Assembly (NCBI GenBank): GCA_002633005.1
Contig: NMRA01000042.1
Location: forward strand, 1,123,019 to 1,187,018
Length of the DNA stretch: 64,000 nt
DNA from: Phoronis australis
Lineage: Eukaryota > Animalia > Phoronida
Direction of reading: 5' to 3'
Below the pieces are notes generated by a model. The model ran no database searches. It saw nothing but the letters and a program-made list of their open reading frames with translations, and was not told where the DNA came from. Positions 25,301 to 38,100 of the stretch are shown here, one piece after another. Both the position numbers and the translations under genes were made by a program. Numbering within the stretch: position 1 is the stretch's first letter; the number at the start of each line of letters is the position of its first letter.

Positions 25301-27281
25301 ACTTTATTGGGCAAAACAAAAACCCCGCAAAACCATTCTGTGTGGAAAATCGTTCCGCATGCGAAACGGTTCCGCAACTCACATTTATGGAATAATTATT
25401 GTTAGGGTAGAAATTCTGATACATTCATGTTTATGCTTTTTGCACACTAAGATTTGAATATTTCCTGACTTGTGTTAAACTCTACCATGAGCGGTTAAAT
25501 GGCATAACCAAATGTCATTTTTTCCCGAGTCAGCTTGAGGTAGGTTTCTACAACACAAACCATTCAGCAAGTTCATCACTGATTAATTATGGTTCATGTT
25601 GACACATTGATATGTCCATGTGTTATTGACAATGGAATGTATTTCAACTTTAATTCGCAAGCATCAATTAAAAAAAATGTGAGCTCCACAAAACCATTGT
25701 TTGCGGAACGGTTCAGTAACTGTCATATTGACCACCTAATTACTGTCAGGATTGTCAGATTGATACTTTCAAGTGGCATTGATAATAGAATGCATTTTAA
25801 GTTCATTGGGCAAAACAAATACCAAGCAAAACCATTCTGTTTGGGAAAACGCTCCCCATGCGGAATAATTCCGCTTGCGGAACGGTTCCGCAACTGTCAC
25901 ATTGATCAACTAATTACAGTTAGGATTGTCACATCGATACTTTCAGGTGGCATTGATAATGGAATTCATTTTCAGTTGATTGGTGAAATAAAAACCCCGC
26001 AAAACCATTCTGTTTCGGAAATCGCTCCCCGAGCAGAATTTTTCCGCATGCAGAACGGTTCCCCAACAGTCACTTTTATTAATTAAATATTGTTGGGGTA
26101 GAAATTCTGATACTTTGATGTTTAATGCTTGTTCCACATTAAGATTCAAATATTTCGTGGCTTACGTTAAGGTTCTACCAAAAGCGGTAAAATGTCATAG
26201 ACAACATGTCGATTTTTACCCGAGTCTGCTTGAGGTAGGTTTCTGCATCACAAATCATTCAGCAAGTTCCCCACTGATTAATCATTGCTCATGTTGACAC
26301 ATTGATATTTCCATATGCTATTGAGAATAAAATATATTTCAACTGAAATGTGCAAGAAAATTTTTTTAAAACTTGTGAGGATCACAAAAGTATTGTTTGC
26401 GGAACGGTTCCGCATGCGGAACGGTTCTGCATCTGTCACATTGATGAACTAATTACTGTTAGGATTGTCACATCGATACTTTCAAGTGGCATTGATAATG
26501 TAATGTATTTTAAGTTGATTGGTGAAATCAAATACCCAGCAAAACCATTCTGTTTGGGAAATCGCTCCCCATACAGAACGGTTCCGCATGCGGAATGGTT
26601 CCGCAACTGTCACATTGATCAAGTAATTATTAAGGTTGTCACATTGATACTTTCAAGTGGTATTGATTATGGAATGCATTTTAACTTTATTGGTCATGAG
26701 AATTTAAAAAATTGCGGAACCGTTCCGCATGTGGAACCCTTCTGCAACCGTCACATTGATTAATATATTATTGAGAGTGGACACATTATACTCTCAAGTA
26801 CTATTGAGAATGGAATGTAATTCATGTTTATTGGGCCGGGAGAAAATTAAAAATTTTAATCCTGTGCTTAACTTTTCTGTTTGTGGAACTCTTCTGGAAC
26901 TTTCACATTGATTTTTAAAAATAAATTATTATTTTGATTATTATTCCACAAAATATACATAATATTTCTCAAGTCACAGTATTCCACAAAACTTGCGCAG
27001 TGCGTAATATTCCACAAAATCTGCGTAATATTCCGCACACCTGCGGAACATTCCGCACACAGTGCGGAATATTCCGCACTGAGTGCGGAATATAAAATTG
27101 AACTTCTAATTAAGAAAATGCTAATTGAGGAAATCAAAATGTAACATTGTAAACATGTTTAGGGTAAGGTATAGATTTGTTACATACCATTTTTATGGCC
27201 CTAAGTGGATATTAAAGTGCGGAACCGTTCCGCACACTTTGAGACTAAATAATATTGTCTCGTTTGAAAAAATATCGCCTT
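19301..27281. mobile_element. ~8-kb foldback-type non-autonomous DNA transposon with multi-kb modular inverted arms
   Basis: Starts AAGGCGATATTTTTTCAAATGAGACAATATTATTTAGTCTCAAAGTGTGCGG and ends with its near-exact reverse complement. AGAG is duplicated at 19297-19300 and 27282-27285. Arms span ~19301-22650 and ~25160-27281. No transposase ORF recognised. Confidence 0.9.
19500..19700. repeat. ~20-21-bp palindromic minisatellite (TGCGGAATATTCCGCA core) in the left foldback arm; mirrored at ~26975-27090
   Basis: Repeated tgcggaatattccgca / tgcggaatattacgca units read directly from the sequence. Confidence 0.85.
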
Positions 27282-27920
27282 AGAGGTAAACGTAAAAAAA
27301 TAAATTGCCACTAGGGGGCGCACCGGTTCGCTCATGCCGTCCGATCCACGGAAGGAAAATTTCCCGGACATACGTCAAACCGTTTTGGAGATAGAGCAGC
27401 GGACGCCGGACGGCATAATGCGTCCACATATAAATTTGTGGGCGCATAAAAATTGTGTGCTAAAGGTACAACAAAGAACTGGAAAATGTCGAATTTCAAC
27501 TGACTTCACCAGACAAAGAAGAAATAAAATTATGCCAAGTGTGACTATAGCACCAATGTTCCAGACAATAACTTTGAACCCCTCAACCCACATCATAAGG
27601 TTGGATGGCATTTCCTGGTTAATGGAATTGAAAGGCATCATCAACAATTTTGTGCCCATGACCACAGGCACACGAATCTTCCAAGGACTCATAACATATA
27701 AGAAACAGTGTTGATGTCAGTGGTGAATACCTGGAAGAGATACATTTAAGAGTATGTGCCCTTGGCAACAAAATGGTGCTCTGCACACTGGCTAACGACA
27801 AGCAAATTCAGTGGCAGTACCATTCTAGTCATTATAGTAAACTAATAAAGCATTCATTTAAAATAACTTCAGAATCTGTCAGCCATGAATAAAATAATAT
27901 ACATGTTTACATGATATCAA

Positions 27921-27926
27921 TTTATT
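27921..27926 (-). promoter_or_regulatory. Candidate distal polyadenylation signal of CHERP (a proximal AATAAA lies at 29009-29014)
   Basis: TTTATT on the plus strand downstream of the CHERP stop at 29111. Usage is not demonstrated. Confidence 0.35.
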
Positions 27927-29110
27927 ACAAATCCGTATAATTACATCAGTAACAGACAAAACTTATTAATAAGAGCTAACAGTAAAACAACAGGTCGTCT
28001 GTTAAATGCATTTCAATTCCACTGGAAGTGTGTACTTTGGAAATTGGACAGGTCCAACTCACAGCAGAACTTCTTTTCACCACCATCTTCAATGGCAAAA
28101 CGTGACCCAGGCCTATGGTTTCCATGAAGATTTTGACACTCTTAAAATGCCACACCACCCATGTACAGCAAATTTCAATCACAACAATATCTGCATTAAA
28201 AGTGGCTTCTGAGTTCGAGACCTGAAAAAACATGGCTGCAAACATTGAACTCAGTAACTTGCAACTCAGGATGTTTCATCCACAGCACTGCTATTGATTT
28301 TCAAATGCATGGTGGGACCGTGGTCACATTAACATCCAGTAATGTCAGCAGTATGTAGGAGATGTGTAAACAATGCACTTGACACGTTAGCATACAAGAA
28401 CTGAAAGTATGGGTCTACTGCGACATGTGTTTTGTGAGAGTATGACTAAATGACTACCAATGAAAAAATGTTGGAAATGAGCCTCAAAATGCATCAAACT
28501 AATACATAAATTAGCAAATCTCAAGCAAGCCCAATTCGATGACACTGAAGTTACAACTTGCAATCTTAACACAAATTACAAATCAGGGGCCTGTTCCAAG
28601 AAAACTGAATTAACTAACACAAATCTTAAATTTTAGTCAATTTTAAGATAAAACTTAAGTTTGATCTTAAGTTTAACTTGAGCTTTTGTCTTAAGTTTTG
28701 TATTTAGTATTGACTAACTTACCAGATGTGGAAGTTTCTAAGTTTAGAGGTTGAAACAAATCTTAGACTTACTTACAAATGAACTTAAGTCATATTTTTG
28801 TAAAGCGTCCACAACATGGTGTCCACCAGCTGTTTACGAACCCACAAACATTCCACTACGCATCTGGAAAATGACAACAGTGCCACGAATGAAATTCCCC
28901 GAAACTGACAATGTAACTTCACAGATGAAAACCAGCATGGCTAGAAATGGGCTAGTTTCATGACCCAACATTAAACGGAGTTACTAGCTTTGACATTAGG
29001 ATTTGGAGTTTATTGAGTGAAAATGTACTCTCTTGCAGGCTTTATGGTCAAACAGACCTCAGTGTGGTACTCCCTGCTCTCCCAACAATCAACGTTCTAC
29101 TACTTCAGCC

Positions 29111-29148
29111 TCATGCATCCTCAGTTGCTGATGTTGTTTTCTTTTTAG
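29111..29148 (-). CDS. CHERP: CHERP probable last coding exon (AKKKTTSATEDA*)
   Basis: Acceptor tttccatttcag, phase-1 match to the 31764 donor, TGA at 29111-29113, downstream AATAAA. Confidence 0.65.
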
Positions 29149-32100
29149 CTGAAATGGAAAGACGGTTTTAATACAAGACATGTCAACGCTGGAAGCAAAG
29201 CAAAGACAACATTGGAAAAGAGTCGTGAGAATCTTGATAAAGCATCCTTAACATGCTTGCAGCCCCCAAAATACAAAGGCAGGGCTCCACATAACGAGCA
29301 GCTCGCATTTCCAAATTTCGCATACTCAACCTTAAATTTGGAAATGCGAGCTGAGATTTTTGCCAGCTCATATCAACTTGCAAAGTGGGACCTAGAATTT
29401 CCAACGTATGCGAGCTGAGGTTTTACACTTCTCAGCAGATACCAGGCAAATATAAAGCAACTCGTGTGAATCCGACCATTATTTACTTGTTGCAAATCAA
29501 GTTCAAACAATCACTAACCGACTGAGAACAGCCCTCCTGATGGCTCTTAAGCATGTAGCATGAACATGGGGTAATGCAGAATCAATCTTTGGCGCGTTTC
29601 ATTGGCTAACATTTTCGGCTTCTTCTGCATATTTCCGGACATGCCGAAGAAAGTTTCAGACCACGGCATAGCAAGTGATGAAACGTCACAAAACAGCCGT
29701 GTTTCTACTAATTCTTAGACAATCACTTGCCAAACTTTGTGGTGGAAGAACATACTATTTTTCACGCAAGATGTCCCTATTATCAAATATCCATTACAAA
29801 ATCCCTGATATTGCACTGCGGCACTAATCAGTTCTGTTGTTAGCGCGCAAGCAGTCCCTGCAGACGGCCATGACTTGGAAATGTAAGTCTCGTTTTTTTA
29901 TAGCAAAAGTCATCAAGCACGAAAATGACAACCCTATTAATCGCCAAACGACGACCACGTCTTTACTTTCAGCAGTTTTTGAGTCGCCAAGAAATTCTCA
30001 AACCCTTTGTTTCTGGGGCTACGTGCGTGACATACGAGTCATCTGTCCCACGTTGTTGCCCACGTAAAGTGTAGGTCTACTCCAGCGATTCAAGCGTGTG
30101 AACTCATGCGGGTGCACCACTCCAAAGCTGCACATCAAAAAAGAACAGTGACAGTCCTAAATGAAAGAGTATACCGACTTGGCTCTGTTCAGCACTCGGG
30201 TGCCAATGGTTTATTCGACAATGAACTTAATAGATTCTCGGCGGTTAAGAAAGACCAGATGCTTTGCGACATTCTACGGGACCGATGTAGCCCAGAACTG
30301 ATATTTTCCTGTTCCGATGTTCCCCGGGTCGATGTTCCCTAGACCCAATGATCTATGCCCATAGCCAGCTGTTGCAACAAAACGGGTAGATTCGAAATTG
30401 TGGATAGCAAACTTTTTATTCCTCTCTTCAGACAACCCCCCCCCCCNNNNNNNNNNNNNNNNNNNNNNNNNNNNNNNNNNNNNNNNNNNNNNNNNNNNNN
30501 NNNNNNNNNNNGGGGGGGGGGGGTTCGCCTCAGTCCGCAGGAATTTGGCGCGAATGCACAATTTATAGGTCTGAACGTACAACCCAATTTTTTTAGTCTC
30601 TGTTTTTTCAGAAAAGGTCCACATACTGACAAATTCGAGCCCCCGCTGTATTTTAAGCTGGGTGCGCCCATGCAGCGTAAGTGACGATAACCAGAAAGTC
30701 ACCCTTACTAGATGGAATTTGCCACACAAAATCGTATTATAGTAACATTTCATAATATTGCAGTTTTTCAATATCTTATTACCCCAAACACTCAGGTTAA
30801 CGACTGCTCAGGCAAGCGTCTACTCCCTACCTTTGAAGTGTTTCATAATAAGCGCTCACTAAGCGTCCCCCCTCAACTTTTGAGAATTTCCAATTAAGCA
30901 CCAACAGTTCAGGCTAGCGCCCATCATAGCGCACAAAAGTTCACACAGGAGAAAATCATGCAGCAATACATTCAATCTAAAAATATCTCAGCGGTTAAAG
31001 AGACTTAATTTTAGATTGTAAAATGGTAATGATTGGATATAATGTGCTCGCATTTTGAGAACCAGTTTTCTCCACTGCATAACGAGCATCAAACTGGTTC
31101 TCAAAATGAGTTATATCCGACTGTTGAAAAATCTCCACAATTTAGGATTCACAGTTTAGAAGACAAGCGTCTCCATTACTATTTCACCAAATGCTTGTAT
31201 ATTTCTAGAACAGAGCCACTAATAGGCACTTGTCGGCATTCACAACGTTTGGAATCCTTAAAAAATGAATAACGTAGAAAATATATCTGAAACTAAATAA
31301 GGCGATCCAGATCCTCCCAAGGATANCTGTTTTTGTTGATAAAGGAAGTTGTTACCTCCGAAAATTTCAAATTTCAGTTGATCCATTCTTGTTGTTTTAT
31401 TTACCGATTTATAAAAAATGAAAAAACCCAAGTTTGGCAATTATTTTTGTCAAAAATTGGTGACATTTCACTGTACACTTAATGGACTGATCCCGAGTCA
31501 ATTCAGTTAATTTTCAACAAAGTTTGACATGTCACCTCTCAGACATTGATCACTCAATTACCATCCCCCCCACTGTCTTCACCATTATGGGTCAATTGAA
31601 CTTGACCCTCAGACCAGTCACTAACATCCTAATCTTGATCACTCAGTGACCTCTGACCTCTTCACCAGCCAATCACACATTTCCTTAGTTCATGTGACTG
31701 AACTGACCCACACTCCAGCCGATAATACATCAGCCACCCAGTGACTCTTGGCCCACAACCCACCTTCCTTCAACATCTCATCACGAGATTTCATCCTCTG
31801 TATAAATGTCTGGCTCCTACTCTTCCTGAACTGTTCGAATGGGTCCTGCATGTTCATGCCAATCCCCTTGTACATATCCATCTTGTCCCTCACATCTCCC
31901 TGGTTGATAGGGTCCACAATGCCCTGCTCGCTGGCCCCCAACCCAGCACCACCCCAGCCTGCCTCGGGGAATAGAGAATGAGATCAATAACAAAGTATGC
32001 AGAATAACACTACCAGCAGCCTGCAGATGCATTTTGCAGATGCAAGAACGTAGTGAAAATGGAAGAAGTCTATGCAAGATATTGCCTTGCATTACAAGTG

Positions 32101-35100
32101 AAGAACTCGATCATATTAGCTTTTCTCGAGACTGTCTCAAGTCTGGGAAATGCAGCCCCAACCTTAGTTTAAAAAACACAGCACAAGAGCTTTTGGCTGA
32201 ACACTGACTGCTCCAACATATAGATTGCTATCTGTCAGTATCTTGCGTTTTGGACTAAGAACAATATGGCAATGTAAACACTTTTGCCTTGCGACTACTG
32301 TAGTAGGTATTCAGGTAAAGCCAAGGAAAGTAGCATATTGGTTATGACCTACATACGACTCATTTTGAAACCTGTGCCTCACAGTTTAAAGAAAAGAGTG
32401 CAAAACTTTTAGCAAAGTGTTTTTTAGAAAGGTAGTTTTTACAACATGCAGGGGCTTGAAAACTTAGAGACAATCACCTCTTTCCTGATCTTAACAGATT
32501 AAGGAAAATGATGAGGTTTTGAGTCGTAGTCATTTACACTTTTTTGACCCAGGCACCTTGCAAGTCCTAGAATACTGCAAGATGTTTTGTGCCTTGCAAG
32601 CTCTATGTCGATGACCTTCCTCTCCAAAGAGAAGGATAATGCGATTGGAAAAGCAGAGTGTTTGCACAAAGATTGTTAAGTGAGGATTTGCCACAGTTCA
32701 CCTTACCCATCTTTTTAAGCAGCATGTGACCCTTGTTGTCACCTCCAAGTCTCGTGTCCAATGAAGCCATTGACTGGAAGCCGCTGTATGGAATTAAAGC
32801 ACATTAGACAACTCAGAAACAGTGGGTAACATTTCCTTCTGACAATTAGTTTTGAGGTTGTTAGTTAATATAGAAACTAAAAGACAGACACGGAGGCTGC
32901 TTTTGCCTATTATGGTAGTTTTTAAAAATACAAGGGCCTAAACTGCAGGTTAGACGCTCAGTTTAAAGTCACATTTTTGGTAAAAATTCTACTTTGCAAG
33001 ATAGAACAGGGCTTGGAATGACCAATGACAAAAGAGCGGAAACTTTTACGGCCCAAATCATGCGCGCTACCCAGCCTTGAAATGGTCGATGTGAACCTTT
33101 CCCCGACAAACATCGGGAGGACTAAAAAAAAAAAAAACGTTACCACCATCAGTAGCATGCGTCTGAGTCCTTTTAGCTCGTCCTTATCGTCCTTCCACTT
33201 CCAATCCACACATTTTTGGCTGCAGAGCCGTAGTATTTGTCGCCGCGGTTTGCAGTAACACGAGACGCCATTGAAAATCCCACCACGCTTACCCAGATGC
33301 CCCGGCAATGTTGACAATTTACGTTCCTCCGAAACATAAAGAGCAACTTCGAGGTGAACGTCGTCTGCAACGCCGCGGTAAGAAAGGTATTTTCCACGGA
33401 AATTTTATATCAAATCCGATTTTTTTACGCGGAAATATTATAAAATGCGCGGAAAGAACATTTGAAAAAAGTGGAAATCCGAGTTTCCGCGGAAAATTCC
33501 AAGCCCTGATAGAATCAAACAAAAAAAAACATTCACTGAATGATCCAGAGACATCATTGACAATGTTCAATGAATCTTCGGTTAACGATGTCCTGTCCAT
33601 TACCTTTCAGATCTTTTGTCTGTAGTAGAAGGGCTTGATTTGACAACCTTGATAACTTGCGTTAATGTACCAGTTTGAATATCTAGACCCCTTTTTAATG
33701 AAAGCCTGCCAAGTGTAACCAATAACAGTTCAACTCACATGACATTAGGGGGAGTGGCACTTCTTGACCTTGACCTCTTTCTGGGAGGTGGCGACCTCGA
33801 CCTCGACCTCGACCTAGATCTAGATCTGGAGCTCTTCTGATAGGGCAGTGGTGACTTCGATTTCTTGCGCCTGGGAGGAGACCTAGAGGTAGACCGCCTC
33901 TGATAGGGTGGAGGGGAGGCTGATCGCGACGGCGACCTGTAGTAAGAAGACAATGTGGTGTACAAACCTCGTAAAGATCATACAGGACTTCTTGATATAT
34001 CGCCATGGGTTACAAGTGAAGCATGTGATCACACTAGCTTCTTTTCTATGATGCTCGTGTTTGTGGAACTCATTTATGACTGGACAGGGCTGCAGTGTCA
34101 GGGCGGTGCTATAACCAAGCAGGCGAAGGTTAAATGAACAGGGAAATAATGTGTTAATAATACAGCCTTCCTTATTTAACTCATCAGACTACATGAGTTG
34201 TCACCTTCCAGTCGGACTCAATGTCACGCCGGCAGTTATGTGTAAATCGCCATTCGGATAAGCCATCATTTTTACTACAGTCCCACAGGTGCCGAGTGTA
34301 ATGTGGGGTAAAACTTTATAATTAATCACGCCACATGACAGTAGTAGTCTCAAGGTTGAAAACAAATACAAAATGGATAAGCATCTGGATTCCCTGACTA
34401 TAGTATAACTGAATTGAATTGAAGTAATATCAAAAGTACAGGAATGTCTGTCCACTACAAGGCTCCCAGCATGAGTCATGATCCATTAACCATGCCTTCT
34501 CCTGTTTAAAGTAAGCCATACCAAGAAGGACAAAAAAACATGTTAAAAGAGATATTAATCCTGTTATGGTTACGTAGGATCCTAGAAAAAATACAACTCT
34601 GTCAAACTTCGGAAAACCATATTTCAGAAATGGCTGATCGTATTCCTATGAAGCTTTCAGAAATTACGCATTATGCACTATTCTCCAAACAAAAAGCACT
34701 CCTAGGAATTATTTTACAAATGTTCCACTCTTGCACGAGGGGCTATCAAAATAGGACTTATATGATTTTCATGAAAAAATACACAAAACAAAAACAATAT
34801 ACTTTAGAAAACTGTAACAGGATTTTTGAGATCTTATCTACAACAAAATTTGATCATGTTACTTATACCATTACAGTGATCATGTTACTGATACAATTAC
34901 AGTGATCATGTTACTAGCACCATTACAGTGATCATGTTACTGGTACCATTACAGTGATCATGTTAGTGGTACCATTACAGTGATCATGTTACTGGTACCA
35001 TTACAGTGATAATGTTACTGGTACCATTACAGTGATCATGTTACTGGTACCATTACAGTGATCATGTTACTGATACCATTAGTCGTTTTGCTATCAATGT

Positions 35101-38100
35101 ACCTTTATTTTTTGCTAAATTTTACAAAAAGACATGGTCACATGAAGCAATTAATGGTATTTTTTGGTAAAAAGTAAAAAATAAAATTCTGCAAGGATTT
35201 CTACTATGAGAAAACGTATGATATACTTTGACTGAGTTTTATTCTATAGTTTTGTAGACAGATGACTAAATGCACATACTTTTCAATAGTGTCCCACAAA
35301 ACCATCATGATATGCATAATAACAAATGTGATTTAATAACAATGACTTGTACTAATCACTGACAATACCATAAACTAAGACTCATGTTTGTGGCTACCTT
35401 GAATAACTCCTGCTCCTGCTTCTGGACTGTGACCTTGACCGTGACCTCTGATCCCTGCCCTTTGACCCCTCCTCCTCTTCTTTCATCTTCCTGGCCTTCA
35501 TCTTGGCCTTGAAAAACTCGAACAGACCTAGTTTCTCCCAGCCTTCACTGCAAGCACACCATGTTACAGGTTCAGTCATATTAACCATACGTCGTGCAAT
35601 AACTAAGCCTGGCCAATTGTGTAATTCGGAGCTAGGTCAAAGCATAGACCTAGAAAAATTTTAATAAATAACTTCTAACCAAAAAAGTCCAGTTTCACTG
35701 GCGATACAAAAATTCAGCTAAGGTGCAGAGAATTTTGACGAAAGTGCCTGTTCTGGCCGACAGGGTCAGAAAGTGGAAAGTGACCTCCCCAAGAATTAAA
35801 CAAATCATAAAAATTTTGTTAAAAGGAAAACTTTAAAAACAGCCGATCATAATCACCTTAAAGATGTATTTGCATGCTCTTAGGTATGCTAATGTATAGC
35901 AGGAACCAAACGACAATGCTCTTATAACATAATCCATACTAAACAAAGTGCAGTTATATTCACTGAAAATTTTGCAAATAGGTGACCTTTGCACTAACAA
36001 CGTACATCACAGGCTCACATAGCCCGTATCATGCAGTGTTATTCCCCAGCACCTCGTGCTGATACTTTCTACACACGGTTAGGTGATTTGGGACAGATCA
36101 TTTTCACCACAAAACTCGTTCTTAAAAAGATTTGCTAATTCTAAACCTACCTCATATTCACGTCGTCGCTATATGTTGTGTTTCTAACTAATTTGGCCAA
36201 GCAATCACAGAGATAAGAAATTAGCCAGCAAGTTCCACTTCAAGAGAAAAGGACAAAACCCCACAAAAGCACGGCAGCTATGGTACAAGTAACAGAATGC
36301 CATAACACGCTCTCTGCAACATCACGTATTTTCTATTAACCATGCCACCATTCATTTTCTCCTCCTGAATACTCACGCGTCCCTGGGATGTTCATGTGAG
36401 GGGGGACTGTAGAAAGCTTCAACAGCTGCCAGGAGACGCTCACTTGGGGGACACGGTGGGGGCAGGCGCATGTCCCGAGGATCAAGTGGTCGATACTCAC
36501 TGTCTTCAAGCTATGAAGACAAAAATGCGGTAAAACATGGAGAAATTAATACTTTGTAAAGTTAAAGAAAGATTTTAATTTATCCTGAAATACACTTTGC
36601 AGTTGGCTGCAAATATTACAGTAATTACCCTATCAATCAAGGAGTAAAACATTTTAAACTGCACATTTTGTACCAGTGTGTTGACAGGCAAAGTATTGCT
36701 ATGCTGAGAATTCAATTGGCGCAGCAACCTACACATAATTAAGATTCGATTCACATTTCTTCACTAACTCTATTTCCATGCCAACAGTACAATCATCAAG
36801 ATGTATGTGGTATAAAAACACTTTCCAATAAGTACAGCAAAATTTAAGAAATGTAAATTATTCGATTGCATAACTCAATACAAGAATTACCATAAGCACA
36901 AAGTCAAGTCAAAGTACAAATGATTCATCATTCAATGGATGACTCACCATAACTAGTGGCGCCATCAGCCCTGCTGGCAGGTCAAAATATGGTACAGAGG
37001 GCATCAGGTCGGCGTCGTTCATCATAGGCGGGAACCGCGGTGGTGGACGACTGAAGTCAGGTAGGTGACCGGGGGGGCCACGCGGATGGGGAGGACCTGG
37101 GGGCAGAAGTGACAGTGAGGAACACAAATGGTGGACTATATCAACTCTTCATGCATGTACAACAACGTAGTTGTGTATGTACTACTATTAACGTAAATCA
37201 ACGATAACGACAACATGGCTCACATTACAATCAAAGCATACCCATTTACTTTGTAACCCAACACCAGCATCTGTTAACTTGCGTATAAAAAATTCCCTTC
37301 CCTTCTTTAACCCGCTAGAGCACGCAGACCGTGTTTGATTTTGTGAGCCCAGCGTGAGCATTAACATAGTGACTATTGGCATTTGCTAGAACAAGCTATC
37401 ATTGACATAACATGTGTTGTACCAGACGTGCGCAGGCCACGCATGTGGGCCCATTGCACTGATCACCTGGAAAATTTTTGTGCTTTATTAATATATAGTT
37501 AAAACCGAGCTAAAGAGCTGGAAACCTGACTCAAGGGTCTAGCAGTGGGGCAAAGTAGAACTCGAACCCATGACCTCAAAGGACAGACTTTTACTGTTCA
37601 GTAACAAAGTGAGTTTTTCTGACAAATTACAAACTACTTCTTCACAGCACTCTGATCAATAACATTCAATACTATGAATTTCTATGTTTGAAATCGAGTC
37701 TAAGCAAACACCAAAACTGCATGAAAGTAAACACCTTAATATAATTATCTCAGAGATCTAAAAGCACATATTTTGACCCACAGGATACCCAGCAACTCTA
37801 ATGAACTCAAGCTCTTGCATAACGTTAAGTCCAACTCACGTGCGTAGTCAAAGGGAGGACCCCCTGGCGGCCCGCGTGGACCAAATGGTGGTGGCTGGTT
37901 GGGGTTAAAGTTCGGCGGTGGTTTCGTCGGGTCAAAGCTTAGCAGAGGCGGTGGTTGCGACGTTGGCTAGAACAAAAAATGTTGTAAAGTTTGCAGGACA
38001 ACCATAACAGAACTTATTCCAATTGCAATTTGTAACATCCCGCTGCTATAGAAAACTTGCATTTTCTGCAGTACCCGATCTAGAAGTTCATTACGCTTAT

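Larger units (their letters stand above)
18690..27452 (+). mobile_element. HINE/Helentron-like element copy split by the foldback insertion (pieces ~18690-19300 and 27282-27452)
   Basis: The left piece matches the 41450-42850 unit. The right piece continues the unit (gtaaacgtaaaaaaataaattgccactagggggcg) and ends in the same terminal hairpin gcataatgcgtccacatataaatttgtgggcgcataaaaa as 43012-43052. Confidence 0.8.

Noticed and set aside
25129-27137. ORFs of 60-165 aa in the foldback arms (also 19518-22570)
   Set aside because: They are chance translations of repeated modules, on both strands, with no recognisable domain.
30274-30771. ORFs spanning the N gap
   Set aside because: They are artefacts of translating through Ns and poly-C/poly-G tracts.
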